Of a DNA stretch of 64,000 nt, positions 34,099 to 45,197 are shown one piece after another (the stretch's first letter is position 1; each line of letters starts with the position of its first letter). The notes below the pieces were generated by a model. That model was not told where the DNA came from. It did no database searches and worked only from the letters and a program-made list of their open reading frames with translations. The position numbers and the translations under genes are program-made. The stretch comes from Spirochaetia bacterium UBA2205 (lineage in GTDB: Bacteria > Spirochaetota > UBA4802 > UB4802), in contig DCUV01000032.1 of NCBI GenBank assembly GCA_002328585.1, forward strand, positions 109,173 through 173,172, in the 5' to 3' direction.

Positions 34099-35913
34099 AT
34101 GGACAACACGGTGAAAAAAATACCATACCGGGATGAAATCCCAGATAATGATAAATGGGATGTAACACCACTGTTTGCTTCAACAGAAGAGTGGGAAAAG
34201 CTTTATGCAGAGATTGAAAATTCTATACATGAATATAATAATTTTGAAGGTAAGCTCCATCAATCATTCTCAATTTTTTTACAGGCTATTGAGTTTGATC
34301 TTTCCATTTCACGCTCACTTGACCGGTTGTTTACCTATGCACACCTCAAAAGCGATGAGGACACAACCAATCAGGATGCTCAGGCAATTTTGCAAAAAGC
34401 TCACTCGCTGTATCAGCGTGTCAGTGAGGCATCAAGCTTTTTAGTGCCTGAGATTCAATCCATACCTGACCCCATTATGAGTAACTATCTGTCAAACCAC
34501 AAGCTTATGCCGTATGTATTCTTTATAGAAAAGATACTTCGGTACAAAGAACATACATTATCAAAAGAAATAGAAGAAATGTTAGCCATGGCCCATGAAA
34601 TAGCCATTGCACCCGCAGAATTTTTTAAAAAACTGGATAATGCCGATATGCGGTTTGGCACAATTGAGGATGAACAGGGCAACACCATTGAATTAAGTCA
34701 CGGCAATTTCATTACATTTTTAATGAGCTATAATCGGGATATACGCAAAAATGCTTTTCATACTTATTACGATGTGTATGCCAGTCATAAATTTAGCATT
34801 TCACAATCACTGGCAAGCTCGGTAAAAAAAGATGTATTTTTCTCACGGGTACGCAGATTTAAAAGCTGTCTTCATCAGGCTTTGTTCCCTGATAATATTC
34901 CAGAAACGGTGTATCATACCTTAATTGACAGTGTGGGAAAAAATCTCAATCCTCTTTTTCATTATTTACACTATCGCAAAGAAGCTCTTGGGTTGGATGA
35001 ACTGCACTTTTATGATACCTATGTTCCCTTAATTCCTGATGTTCCCTTTACCATGGAATATCAGGAAGCAGTTGAAACATGCATAGAAGCATTGACAGTA
35101 CTGGGTGATGATTACACCTCTGTTTTACATGATGGACTGTTATCAGGGTGGGTTGACCGGTATGAAAATCGCGGAAAGATAAGCGGCGCATACTCATCAG
35201 GTTGTTATGATTCACCACCTTACATTCTTTTAAATTATGATAACACCATCAATAGTCTTTACACCTTAATTCACGAATCAGGACACTCAATGCATTCATA
35301 TTTTTCACGAAAATATCAGCCCTATGTATACCATGAATATACTATTTTTGTTGCTGAGGTAGCTTCCACATTAAACGAAATGCTCTTAAGCCACTATCTA
35401 TTAAATAAGTATCAGGACAACCCACTGATGCAGGCATATATTCTTAACCGTGAAATAGACGAGATACGCGGGACATTGTTTAGACAGACAATGTTTGCCG
35501 AATTTGAATTTATCATCCACACAATGGCTGAAAATAATCAGCCTTTAACCTATCAAGCTTTAACAGAAGCCTATGCAGCATTATTACAAAAATATTTTGC
35601 ATCGACTATTGTCATTGATTCTGAATTAAACATGGAGTACCTTAGAATCCCACACTTTTATTCTGCATTTTATGTGTATAAGTACGCAACGGGTATTGCT
35701 GCAGCATTATCACTGGCTCAGATGATACTTAGCAGTGATGACGGGGCAAAAAAATATATGCAATTTTTGGGATTGGGCGGGAGCATGTTTCCGTTAGAAG
35801 AGTTGAAAATAGCAGGAGTGGATATGGAATCTCCTGATGTTATTGTCAATGCATTGCATTATTTTGACAATCTGGTCAATACATTTATTCAGGTGCATAA
35901 ATCTCTTACTTAG
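34099..35913 (+). CDS. pepF: Oligoendopeptidase F (M3B)
   Basis: GAYSSG, HESGHSMH, FVAEVAST, RQTMFAEFE and YVYKYATG motifs. Confidence 0.95.
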   Translation: MDNTVKKIPYRDEIPDNDKWDVTPLFASTEEWEKLYAEIENSIHEYNNFEGKLHQSFSIFLQAIEFDLSISRSLDRLFTYAHLKSDEDTTNQDAQAILQKAHSLYQRVSEASSFLVPEIQSIPDPIMSNYLSNHKLMPYVFFIEKILRYKEHTLSKEIEEMLAMAHEIAIAPAEFFKKLDNADMRFGTIEDEQGNTIELSHGNFITFLMSYNRDIRKNAFHTYYDVYASHKFSISQSLASSVKKDVFFSRVRRFKSCLHQALFPDNIPETVYHTLIDSVGKNLNPLFHYLHYRKEALGLDELHFYDTYVPLIPDVPFTMEYQEAVETCIEALTVLGDDYTSVLHDGLLSGWVDRYENRGKISGAYSSGCYDSPPYILLNYDNTINSLYTLIHESGHSMHSYFSRKYQPYVYHEYTIFVAEVASTLNEMLLSHYLLNKYQDNPLMQAYILNREIDEIRGTLFRQTMFAEFEFIIHTMAENNQPLTYQALTEAYAALLQKYFASTIVIDSELNMEYLRIPHFYSAFYVYKYATGIAAALSLAQMILSSDDGAKKYMQFLGLGGSMFPLEELKIAGVDMESPDVIVNALHYFDNLVNTFIQVHKSLT

Positions 35914-38147
35914 GGAGATAGTTTTTGTAATAGTCGTTGTGCTTTTATATTCCCTGCATCCAGCTTTAAGATTTGTTTGCAATATTGTATTGCATCATCC
36001 TTCCTTTCTAAAGCTTTGCAGATAGCTGCCATACTATAAAGAGCAGGAATGTATGATGATTGCATGGTTAATGCCTGTGATGCAGCATTGTATGCTTCTT
36101 CAAATTGATTTTTTTTGTAATGGACTATGGCCAGCAAATAGTGTGCAAAACTGTTATCAGGTTTTTTTGCAATATAATCAACAAGGTAGGGAAGTGCTCT
36201 GTCATAGTGATGTATATAAATATATGAACGTGACAATAATAGCAGAGCATTTATATCTTGAGGATTCATAATAACTGCTTTTTTCAGTTCTTCAATTGCT
36301 AAATTAAATTTCTTTTCGTGAACAAGCTGCTCTCCTCTTTCACGATGCTGTAATGCATTATATAAAATCGGGTCTAATTCCAGAAAAACAAATGTCATGT
36401 CATCTCTTGGAGGTGTCCCGCCAAGAAATTTTTCCCACTCTGCAATAATATAATCCCTTGCCTCCTCAATTGACATGTTCACTGTTTCTGATACAAGCCT
36501 TTCAACACGCTCATCACCAAACTCTTCATTATTCCAATTTCGCGATTCGGGCAAACCATCAGTGTATAGAAACACTCTGTCACCAGACTCCAGTATTCCA
36601 AAATTATCCTCAAAAAGGCTCCCAACCTCTTCATCTGGCAATGCTCCCAAAAAGATACCACCGGTATCCCAGTACGTTATAGTTCCTGATTGCCGTTTAT
36701 ATACCACTGCTTTACGATGTGAAGCGTTTGCATACATGACATCAAAGGTAGGAAATATCACCATAAAAAATACTGTAGCGTACTCCTGTGTGCGAATTAT
36801 ATTGACCAGTTGCTTATTGACATCAGCAAAGATTCTTCTGGGTAGCAAATAGTTACTGCACGATTCACGGAAACTAATCTTAACCATGGTACTTATCAAA
36901 GCAGCAGGGATACCATGCCCTGAAACATCAGCAATAAGGACACCTATACAATTATCCTGCATCTGTATAATATCATAAAGGTCGCCACCAATATCGCTGG
37001 ATGCCCTGTTATAAGCTACAATCTTGACTGCATTATGCACAAAAGGTGTTTGCGGCAAAATACCCTGTTGTATGTTTGCAGCTATTCTGAGCTCTTTTGC
37101 AATTAAATCATTTTTTTCTTTAAGGCTTGTTAGCGCTTTATTCAATTCTTCTGTTCTTTCTTCAACTTTTTGTTCAAGATTTTTTCGTATATCATTAACC
37201 TCATAAGCAGCGGCAATAAACCCTTTACTGGTATTGATAAGCTCTTTATCAAGATATGGCAAAAAGAGCAAACCACTTCCCCCGCGGGCTAAATCAACAG
37301 CCGCCGACTCAATCTCGCCTAACGATTCTTCAATAGAAAGTAAATAAAAGAACAAAATAACAAATACAAGTATTCCTGTTATTGATATAAACATCAGCGG
37401 TATTATTGAAAACAACTCATAGTTGTTATAATACACCATTACACCCAATTCAAACATGGCAACCATAACCATAATATTGATGAAAATAAATTTACCCCTT
37501 ATACTTAAGATATACCGCTCATCAAATGATATGCCACGTTTTACCAGTAACCATTTTATTTTGCGACGCATTCTTCCAGACAAAAGTTCAGCTACTATAT
37601 ACGTTAAAAATATATAGATAAAAATTGCTGATGCAATACCCAATAAAAGAAAAAGCGCATTGGCGATAGTTCCTTTGATTGCTTCGTACAGACAGCAAAC
37701 AACCATAACTATGGAAGGATAAATCAATGCAGCAGCCATATTATCACGTGGAAGATGTTCCAGCGCATGAAGAAGTTGCAGAGCTTCTTCATCGCTCATT
37801 GTTTGATGCAACGTATTATGTTCAATATATTTATTGATGAGCGAAAGCCGCTTTGTAAAACAGGGAATGCCTGCTTTATACAACAGACCAAAGTGCAGAT
37901 AATATAACGGAGCATAAACAAATACCGTAAAACCTGAAAAAAGCATCACAAAATCTGACCCTGTATTACTGATATTAAACCTTACCGTCGCAATAAGAAA
38001 AAGAGCTATATATGCAGCAATGATAAAGCCGCCTAAACTTGTAGTAAAAGCTATTCCAAATGTATAGGAAATACGCTCACTGAAAAAATTGAATATAGTA
38101 TAAAAGGGCTTTATTGCCCATGATTCAAATTTTTGTATCAAAATCAT
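35910..38147 (-). CDS. Membrane SpoIIE/RsbU-type PP2C phosphatase with C-terminal TPRs
   Basis: Multi-TM N-terminus, coiled coil, GGDLYD, ADVSGHG, YTDG and DDMT motifs, then TPR-like helices. Confidence 0.88.
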   Translation of the reverse strand: MILIQKFESWAIKPFYTIFNFFSERISYTFGIAFTTSLGGFIIAAYIALFLIATVRFNISNTGSDFVMLFSGFTVFVYAPLYYLHFGLLYKAGIPCFTKRLSLINKYIEHNTLHQTMSDEEALQLLHALEHLPRDNMAAALIYPSIVMVVCCLYEAIKGTIANALFLLLGIASAIFIYIFLTYIVAELLSGRMRRKIKWLLVKRGISFDERYILSIRGKFIFINIMVMVAMFELGVMVYYNNYELFSIIPLMFISITGILVFVILFFYLLSIEESLGEIESAAVDLARGGSGLLFLPYLDKELINTSKGFIAAAYEVNDIRKNLEQKVEERTEELNKALTSLKEKNDLIAKELRIAANIQQGILPQTPFVHNAVKIVAYNRASSDIGGDLYDIIQMQDNCIGVLIADVSGHGIPAALISTMVKISFRESCSNYLLPRRIFADVNKQLVNIIRTQEYATVFFMVIFPTFDVMYANASHRKAVVYKRQSGTITYWDTGGIFLGALPDEEVGSLFEDNFGILESGDRVFLYTDGLPESRNWNNEEFGDERVERLVSETVNMSIEEARDYIIAEWEKFLGGTPPRDDMTFVFLELDPILYNALQHRERGEQLVHEKKFNLAIEELKKAVIMNPQDINALLLLSRSYIYIHHYDRALPYLVDYIAKKPDNSFAHYLLAIVHYKKNQFEEAYNAASQALTMQSSYIPALYSMAAICKALERKDDAIQYCKQILKLDAGNIKAQRLLQKLSP

Positions 38148-38488
38148 AATGATGTCCTAAAACGTATAGTATTTAAGATATTTAGTATATAATTTTAAAG
38201 TGTAATATTTATGCAAAAAAATCAACCAAAAAAATTATTATGATAATTGCAATAATACTCACCATTTAAAAATTGTTCATCGCCATGTCCGTGCTGAGTA
38301 AAAAAGAGCGTCAAAACTCATTCCCCAATTATTTAAATGATGAATAATCGACTTTATAGATGAATCCTTCTATTCCAATTTTACCTATTTTTTTAGGTAC
38401 TTATATAATTTTACAGTTGACGTAGCTCCAAAAGCACCATACAGTATAAGAAATACATGCATTACATTATGAGTTACCCTTAAAAATC

Positions 38489-40090
38489 ATGGATGATGCA
38501 AAACCACAAACTATTGCAACCACTGTGCTGGTTGTTGATGACGAGGAATCAATACGGGACATCCTTTCACGCTATCTTCAATTGAAAGGATATGCAGTAC
38601 TTACAGCCGGTAATGGACATAGTGCCATGGACATTCTTCTATCACAAGCGGTTGATCTTGTATTGACAGATCTTAACATGCCCAATGTGAACGGCCGGGA
38701 ACTCCTGAAAAGGATGGCGGAAAAATTTCCTGATATTCCCAAGATAGTGCTTAGCGGCTATGGTAGCAATGAGGATATGCTTGTTGCTTTAAAAAGCGGA
38801 GCATATGATTTTATCCAGAAACCGTTAACCGATTTTGGGATACTGGATAAATCAGTTGAGAGGGCTATTGAAAGAAAAAAACTTAAGGAAGAACGTGACC
38901 GCTATATTCAGCAAATTACCCGATTAAATGAAATAATAGGGTTGTTAAACAAGGGTGCTGCATTTGAAGAGATTTTTGATATTATAGCAAAAAGTCTGAA
39001 CAATGCAATTCCATTTGATCGTCTGGCAGTAGCTATCATCAATGATGCCGGGCAGGTAGAAACACGTCTTGTATCATCAACAAAAAATATTTTAATAAAT
39101 ATTAATGATAAGTTTCCCTTAAGCGATTCTTCATTACTCAAAGTTTCTGAAACAAAGCAATATCACATCATCAATGATTTAGAAGAATACTACAGGCAAA
39201 ATCCTTCATCTGAAAGAACAAAACTTCTTTTACAGGAAGGTATGCGCTCCAGCATGACCATACCGCTCATTATTGCCAACCGATTAAAAGGTTTTCTGCT
39301 TTTTGCATCTGTTCAACCCAATGCCTTTAACAATGATCATATCCAATTTGCTGAAACCATAAGCGGACATATTGTATTCAGTATACAGCGTGGCGAACTG
39401 CTTCATGAACTTGATATGTATAACAAAAAGTTAGAGCAAATTGTAAAGATACGCACTCATCAATTGCTTAAAACTCAGAAAGCTACAATATTTGCACTCA
39501 GCAGTTTGACCGAGCTTCGCGATCCTGAAACAGGCTACCATCTTGACCGTATGCGCATCTACTGTATGCTCCTTGCACAGATTGCAAAATATTCAGGAGC
39601 TGTGTTAGAAATAAGCAATCAATACCTTCGTGATTTATACGATTCATCTATTTTGCATGATATTGGCAAGGTTGGGATACCTGATATTATATTGTTAAAA
39701 CCAGGGAAACTAACCCATGAAGAATTTGAAATAATTAAGACCCATACAACCATTGGCTATAATGCATTAAAACGTGCTTCGCAGGAGATGGGACAGGACT
39801 CATTTTTATCCATGGCAATGGATGTTACGTTATATCACCATGAGACATGGGATGGAACAGGATATCCTTATGGGCTTTCAGAAGATGAAATCCCATTATC
39901 AGCGCGCATAGTAACCATTGTCGATGTTTATGATGCACTCACAACCATACGCCCCTATAAAGAAGCATATAGCCATCAAAAATCTATTGAAATAATGAAA
40001 AGTGAACCACACCGATATGATCCACACCTTTTTGAACTGTTTATACAAAATGCAGATGACTTTGATGCAATCCGACAAAAATATCAGTAA
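38489..40090 (+). CDS. REC-GAF-HD-GYP c-di-GMP phosphodiesterase
   Basis: VVDDE/DLNMP receiver domain, central GAF, and LHDIGK, HHETWDGTGYP and DVYDAL motifs. Confidence 0.92.
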   Translation: MDDAKPQTIATTVLVVDDEESIRDILSRYLQLKGYAVLTAGNGHSAMDILLSQAVDLVLTDLNMPNVNGRELLKRMAEKFPDIPKIVLSGYGSNEDMLVALKSGAYDFIQKPLTDFGILDKSVERAIERKKLKEERDRYIQQITRLNEIIGLLNKGAAFEEIFDIIAKSLNNAIPFDRLAVAIINDAGQVETRLVSSTKNILININDKFPLSDSSLLKVSETKQYHIINDLEEYYRQNPSSERTKLLLQEGMRSSMTIPLIIANRLKGFLLFASVQPNAFNNDHIQFAETISGHIVFSIQRGELLHELDMYNKKLEQIVKIRTHQLLKTQKATIFALSSLTELRDPETGYHLDRMRIYCMLLAQIAKYSGAVLEISNQYLRDLYDSSILHDIGKVGIPDIILLKPGKLTHEEFEIIKTHTTIGYNALKRASQEMGQDSFLSMAMDVTLYHHETWDGTGYPYGLSEDEIPLSARIVTIVDVYDALTTIRPYKEAYSHQKSIEIMKSEPHRYDPHLFELFIQNADDFDAIRQKYQ

Positions 40091-40199
40091 ATTGGGCGGC
40101 AGTATTAGCTATTATCACTGAAACAAAATTTTGCATTTATTGCAGCATAAACTATATTTCTTAATAAAGGCTCTTACTATCATTAAATCGGGGAAAATC

Positions 40200-41051
40200 A
40201 TGCAAACACAATATCGCTTTGGTGGACCTATTACAACATCACTTAAGAAAATTATAGTTTTTACCAGCGTTGTCTATATCATACAGCTTTTTGGCAACAT
40301 TGTTGCACCTGGTTTAATCGAATACACATTTGGCATCCACCATATTGGATTTATTCATGAATTTAAGCTGTGGCAACCTGTTACGTATATGTTTTTACAT
40401 GGAAATTTTTTTCATATATTTTTCAATATGTTTGCCCTGTGGATGTTTGGCTGTGATTTAGAAGAGCTTTTTGGAAGCAAAAACTTTATGCGCTTTTACC
40501 TGTACAGTGGTATTGGCGCAGGGATTGGGATTGCTTTTATGAATTATTATATTTATGCTACCAATGGATATAATCCCGTGACAATAGGAGCTTCAGGTGC
40601 CATCTATGCAATTCTTCTGGCATATGGGATGATATGGCCTGACAGAGAGGTCCTTCTTTATTTTATTTTCCCAATCAAGATGAAATATTTAGTTTTACTT
40701 TTTGGTGGCATAGAATTTTTTGGCACTATCGCATCAGCACAGGGGTTGGGTGGTAACGTAAGCCATATCGGTCATTTAGGTGGTTTTATTACGGGATTTA
40801 TTCTTTTAAAAACAAGATTCTGGTTACGCCAAAAAACTTCATTTAATCCATTTGCTTCAATTACCAGGAACTATCGCCTGGCAAAACATAAAAAAAGAAT
40901 TGATGATCGCATTAAGGCAAAGGAGATTATTGATACACTTCTTGATAAAATTACCCATTATGGCTATAATTCGCTTACACCTGAAGAAAAACAAAAATTA
41001 GAATGGGCACGCAGACATTACTATCCTGACAACAATGATATAATTCATTAA
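40200..41051 (+). CDS. Rhomboid family intramembrane serine protease
   Basis: TYMFLHG..HI.FNM, GASGA and HIGHLGG motifs. Confidence 0.93.
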   Translation: MQTQYRFGGPITTSLKKIIVFTSVVYIIQLFGNIVAPGLIEYTFGIHHIGFIHEFKLWQPVTYMFLHGNFFHIFFNMFALWMFGCDLEELFGSKNFMRFYLYSGIGAGIGIAFMNYYIYATNGYNPVTIGASGAIYAILLAYGMIWPDREVLLYFIFPIKMKYLVLLFGGIEFFGTIASAQGLGGNVSHIGHLGGFITGFILLKTRFWLRQKTSFNPFASITRNYRLAKHKKRIDDRIKAKEIIDTLLDKITHYGYNSLTPEEKQKLEWARRHYYPDNNDIIH

Positions 41052-41196
41052 TGGCGGCGATAGCTACTGTAAATCAATATCTTCTTGACAACCTATGGAA
41101 GCAGTGACAATGTCACAGCACTGCCATCGTAGAAATGGGCCATAGTTCCACTTCTATAGTACAGTAAACGTGTGTACATTTTTAAAAGAGGTTGCC

Positions 41197-42492
41197 ATGT
41201 ACTGGAATAACAATATTGAAACTATCAGCAGAAAAGATCTTGAAACACTGCAGCTTACAAAACTAAAGAAAACACTGCAGGCTGCCAGCGTTACCCCCTT
41301 TTATAAAAAGGTATTTACAGAAAACAACATTAATATAGAGGCAATCAAAACACTGGAGCATATCAAAGACTTGCCATTTACAACAAAAAATGACCTTCGC
41401 TTAAGCTATCCTGATGGTATGGTGGCAGTACCTAAAAAAATGGTTGTGCGGATGCATGCTTCCTCGGGAACAACCGGTAAATCCACTGTTATTTTTTACA
41501 CTGCTAAAGACATTAGTGACTGGGCTGATCTGGTTGCACGGTGCATGGTTGCCACTGGTGCAACACAAGATGATGTTTTCCAGAATATGATGGGCTATGG
41601 GCTTTTTACCGGTGGGTTGGGATTACATTATGGTGCTGAGATGTTAGGATGTATGGTAATACCTTCATCCTCAGGGAACACGCTACGCCAGATTCAGTTA
41701 ATTCAGGATTTTGAAACAACCATTATACATATCACACCAAGCTATTGTCTGCACATGGTAGAAGCAATACGTGCTGAAGGGATTGATCCATACGAGCTGA
41801 CATTGAAAAAAGCATATCTGGGCGCTGAGCCATATTCCGAAGCAACCCGAAAAAAGATTGAAGAACAATGTGGTATAGACGCATATAATTCATATGGCTT
41901 AAGTGAAATGAACGGACCTGGTGTTGCTTTTGAGTGTACCTATAAAAATGGCATGCATATCTGGGAAGATTACTATATTGTTGAGATAATCAATCCTGAA
42001 ACAGGTGAAGTATTACAACCTGGTGAAGAAGGCGAGCTTGTATTAACCCATATTAACCGTGAAGCTATGCCAATTTTACGATATCGAACTCGCGATCTCA
42101 CCCGTATTATACCCGAACCATGCCAATGTGGGCGCACCCATTATCGCATTGATCGTATAAAAGGGCGTACAGACGATATGCTCATTGTAAGTGGTGTAAA
42201 TGTATTCCCTTCACAGATAGAAACTGTCCTTATGAAGTTTCCCGAAATTGGCAATAACTATCAGATCATACTTGACCGTGAAAATAATTTAGACCGAATG
42301 CATATTAAGGTTGAGCTATACTCAAAACTTTTTCATGGTGATATTAAAGAGATTGATCACATTAAGAGTAAACTCAAAGAAGCTCTGAAAGCACTTATTA
42401 CTATTAATCCTCGTATTGATTTATTAGAGCCAGGCTCATTGCCACCCAGTGAAGGGAAAGCCAAACGTGTTTTTGACAACCGTATGTTATAA
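41197..42492 (+). CDS. paaK: Phenylacetate-CoA ligase family protein
   Basis: HASSGTTG, YGLSE, RYRTRD and GRTDDM..GVNVFPSQIE motifs. Confidence 0.9.
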   Translation: MYWNNNIETISRKDLETLQLTKLKKTLQAASVTPFYKKVFTENNINIEAIKTLEHIKDLPFTTKNDLRLSYPDGMVAVPKKMVVRMHASSGTTGKSTVIFYTAKDISDWADLVARCMVATGATQDDVFQNMMGYGLFTGGLGLHYGAEMLGCMVIPSSSGNTLRQIQLIQDFETTIIHITPSYCLHMVEAIRAEGIDPYELTLKKAYLGAEPYSEATRKKIEEQCGIDAYNSYGLSEMNGPGVAFECTYKNGMHIWEDYYIVEIINPETGEVLQPGEEGELVLTHINREAMPILRYRTRDLTRIIPEPCQCGRTHYRIDRIKGRTDDMLIVSGVNVFPSQIETVLMKFPEIGNNYQIILDRENNLDRMHIKVELYSKLFHGDIKEIDHIKSKLKEALKALITINPRIDLLEPGSLPPSEGKAKRVFDNRML

Positions 42493-42632
42493 ATATGGAG
42501 TATATAAAACGTTACTTGTCAATATGCTTGAGGGTGCGAAACATTGTAAAATCTTTTTGTTAATTGTTGAACGCATGAAAAAAGCTGTTGTTAACACTAT
42601 CAATAATAATTATGCAGCTATGGAGGTGTACT

Positions 42633-43061
42633 ATGGCATATCAGGTATCTGTGTTTGCAGAAAATAAACCAGGAAAAATTGAGCGAATAACCAATGTTCT
42701 TGCAAGTCAGAATATTAATATCAGGGCTATTACCATCAATGATTCTGGTGATTACGGCATTATTAAACTTTTGCTGGATCGCCCAGAGGATGGGTGTACT
42801 GCATTAAAAGATGAAGGTATTGCTGCCACATTGAAAGAGATAGTTGCTGTGAAAATACAGGACAAGCCAGGTAGTCTCCATAAAGTTGCTGCACTACTAA
42901 AAGAACATTCTATTAACGTTGACGATGCTTATGGATTTACTATCAAACCACATGAAGAGTCAGCATTTGTGTTTCAGGTAGACAATCCTAAAGCAGCAGA
43001 AAAAGTATTACGAGACTCAGGATATCAATTGCTTGCTGATAAAGAATTATATTTACTGTAA
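42633..43061 (+). CDS. Tandem ACT-domain protein (paaK-associated)
   Basis: QVSVFAENKPG and DKPGSL motifs; GGAGG RBS. Confidence 0.88.
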   Translation: MAYQVSVFAENKPGKIERITNVLASQNINIRAITINDSGDYGIIKLLLDRPEDGCTALKDEGIAATLKEIVAVKIQDKPGSLHKVAALLKEHSINVDDAYGFTIKPHEESAFVFQVDNPKAAEKVLRDSGYQLLADKELYLL

Positions 43062-43178
43062 GGATACTTCCCAATCGGTAGATTAAGCTTTTCATGCAAT
43101 GTTTGGCATGCTATTTTTTTAATACTCATACAATGAATATTTAAATAAGTAATTTCATTATTTGCTAAAAGGTTAACA

Positions 43179-44030
43179 ATGTCTACACAACACAAACTAA
43201 TTATTGGCAATTGTATGTCCATGGAAGAAATTCCTGATGAAAGCATACACCTCATGGTTACCTCGCCACCCTATTTTAATGCGCCTTTTGATTATAAGGA
43301 GCTTTTTAAAAACTATGATCACTATCTTGGTGTTTTAACTAAAGTTGCACAAGAAATATACCGTGTTTTACAGGATGGACGTATAGCAGTTTTAAATATT
43401 GATGATATGTTAGTCAATGGGGAAAAATTCCCTATTGTTGCTGATGCTACAAAAATTTTCCAGAACGCTGGTTTTAGATATCGAGACAGAATTATATGGA
43501 AAAAACCTGATGGTTATTTAAGAATAAGCAAGCGAAGTGGTGTTTTATTACAGAACCCATATCCCATGTATTTTTATCCTGATAACCTCCTTGAAAGCAT
43601 ACTGATATTTCAAAAAGGGAAATTTATCTATCGTTCTATTTCAAAAGAAACAAGAGAGGATTCAAAGATAGATGTAAAAGAATTTTCTAATAATAAATGG
43701 TATATGACTCTTTGGGAGATGGTAAATGTATTACCAGGCTCTACTCTTGAAAAAGATATTGCTGCTTTTCCGGAAGAGTTACCTTATAGGATAATTACTT
43801 TATTTTCATATAAAGGAGAAACTATACTAGATCCTTTTGCGGGAAGTGGTACTACCATGAAAGTAGCACGGAAATTACAAAGGAATAGCATTGGTATAGA
43901 AATAAAAAAGTCTTTAATCCCTACAATCACAAAAAAAGTTGGGTTTGAAGGACAATTAACTTTTGACAACAACATAGATTCCTTTGAAGTAATAATACGA
44001 GAAAATGTAAAATATGGATGTGTTAGCTAA
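43179..44030 (+). CDS. Amino (N4-C/N6-A) DNA methyltransferase, beta class
   Basis: Motif IV TSPPY near the N-terminus and motif I DPFAGSGTT near the C-terminus. Confidence 0.93.
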   Translation: MSTQHKLIIGNCMSMEEIPDESIHLMVTSPPYFNAPFDYKELFKNYDHYLGVLTKVAQEIYRVLQDGRIAVLNIDDMLVNGEKFPIVADATKIFQNAGFRYRDRIIWKKPDGYLRISKRSGVLLQNPYPMYFYPDNLLESILIFQKGKFIYRSISKETREDSKIDVKEFSNNKWYMTLWEMVNVLPGSTLEKDIAAFPEELPYRIITLFSYKGETILDPFAGSGTTMKVARKLQRNSIGIEIKKSLIPTITKKVGFEGQLTFDNNIDSFEVIIRENVKYGCVS

Positions 44031-45087
44031 AATTGAAGGTATAGCATATAAACCTTTTTTGTGTAGAGAATTAAAGGAATACACTCTTAATGATATAGAA
44101 AGAGCGTTGAGTATTTCATCTACATTTATTATAAATATTAATCCCAATATAAAGATTGCATGTAGCTGGTGGGTTTCATGTAAAAGAACACGTTCGTACC
44201 CTTATGCACGAATATATGATTCGTTAAAATACCAGGGAAAAAAAATCACTATAATACCAATATTGAAAGATGAAGGTAAAGATGGGGACAGAGATTTTTT
44301 ACAATGGGATACAATTTCGTTGATGAGTCTATTAGGAATATATGTAATAATCGCTTATTACAATAATGCTGAGAAAAATCCAGCTTATAATAATAAAATC
44401 ACAAATCAAAGGTTTGATGTAGATCATATACTTGCTCAAATTGATACTATTATTGATTATCAATCAGATGCATTGCACTGGAATTTAAAACAAATAGATA
44501 TGGTTGTGGATATTGGAACAAAAGCTCTTGTTTCATATGAAAAAATATCAAAACAACTTGGTGTAGTCATGCATTCAAGTAGTAATGCTACAAAAAGAAT
44601 TGATGAATTAAAGAAAGGGAAGAAAAATTTCATTAACTTCTCAAGAGATTTAGCAAAAAAAGCTCAAAATAGAGAAAGTAATACCAAACAACCTAAAGAA
44701 AATTTATCAGGGATTAAAGCAAAATTGACTATTAAAAATTATTTGGGTGGTAACTATTTTTTTACCTGTGATGAAATTGAAATAAAGAATAAAAATATCT
44801 ATCTTATTGAAGGTAAACACAGCAAACAAGGCATTATACCCTCATTAGAAGATATTAAAGATGGTTTACTAAAGATGATTTTATTTACAAATCTTAAAGA
44901 AGTAAGTATTGGTAATGAGATATATTCTCACATGTCAGTTTTAAAATTAACAAGTACTATGACATTTAATTCCAATAATTTGACTAAATCAAAAATTGTA
45001 ATATTAGAACTATTGAAAAAAGAAGCCTTGACAAATAACTTTAAAATTGTAATAAATAAAACTGATTTATTACATATTGACATTTAA
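44014..45087 (+). CDS. Probable Type II restriction endonuclease
   Basis: Overlaps the MTase 3' end; very AT-rich; D...ExK-like segment (CDEI...IEGKH); KRTRSYPYAR motif. Confidence 0.7.
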   Translation: MDVLAKIEGIAYKPFLCRELKEYTLNDIERALSISSTFIININPNIKIACSWWVSCKRTRSYPYARIYDSLKYQGKKITIIPILKDEGKDGDRDFLQWDTISLMSLLGIYVIIAYYNNAEKNPAYNNKITNQRFDVDHILAQIDTIIDYQSDALHWNLKQIDMVVDIGTKALVSYEKISKQLGVVMHSSSNATKRIDELKKGKKNFINFSRDLAKKAQNRESNTKQPKENLSGIKAKLTIKNYLGGNYFFTCDEIEIKNKNIYLIEGKHSKQGIIPSLEDIKDGLLKMILFTNLKEVSIGNEIYSHMSVLKLTSTMTFNSNNLTKSKIVILELLKKEALTNNFKIVINKTDLLHIDI

Positions 45088-45197
45088 TATAAGTCTTGGA
45101 TTCAAGTCACAAGTGCATAGTTTTTGCACAGATTACCTAAAACTTACCAGTACGATGCAGTTGTAAAGTACAAATTATATTGCAGGGAGATGACACA

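Noticed and set aside
43179..45087. Absence of the GCGATAGT word from the R-M cassette (and from 1-9250) as evidence of foreign origin or constraint
   Set aside because: At about one copy per 3 kb the gaps are not convincing; a similar 8-mer-free gap exists at 27796-34969.
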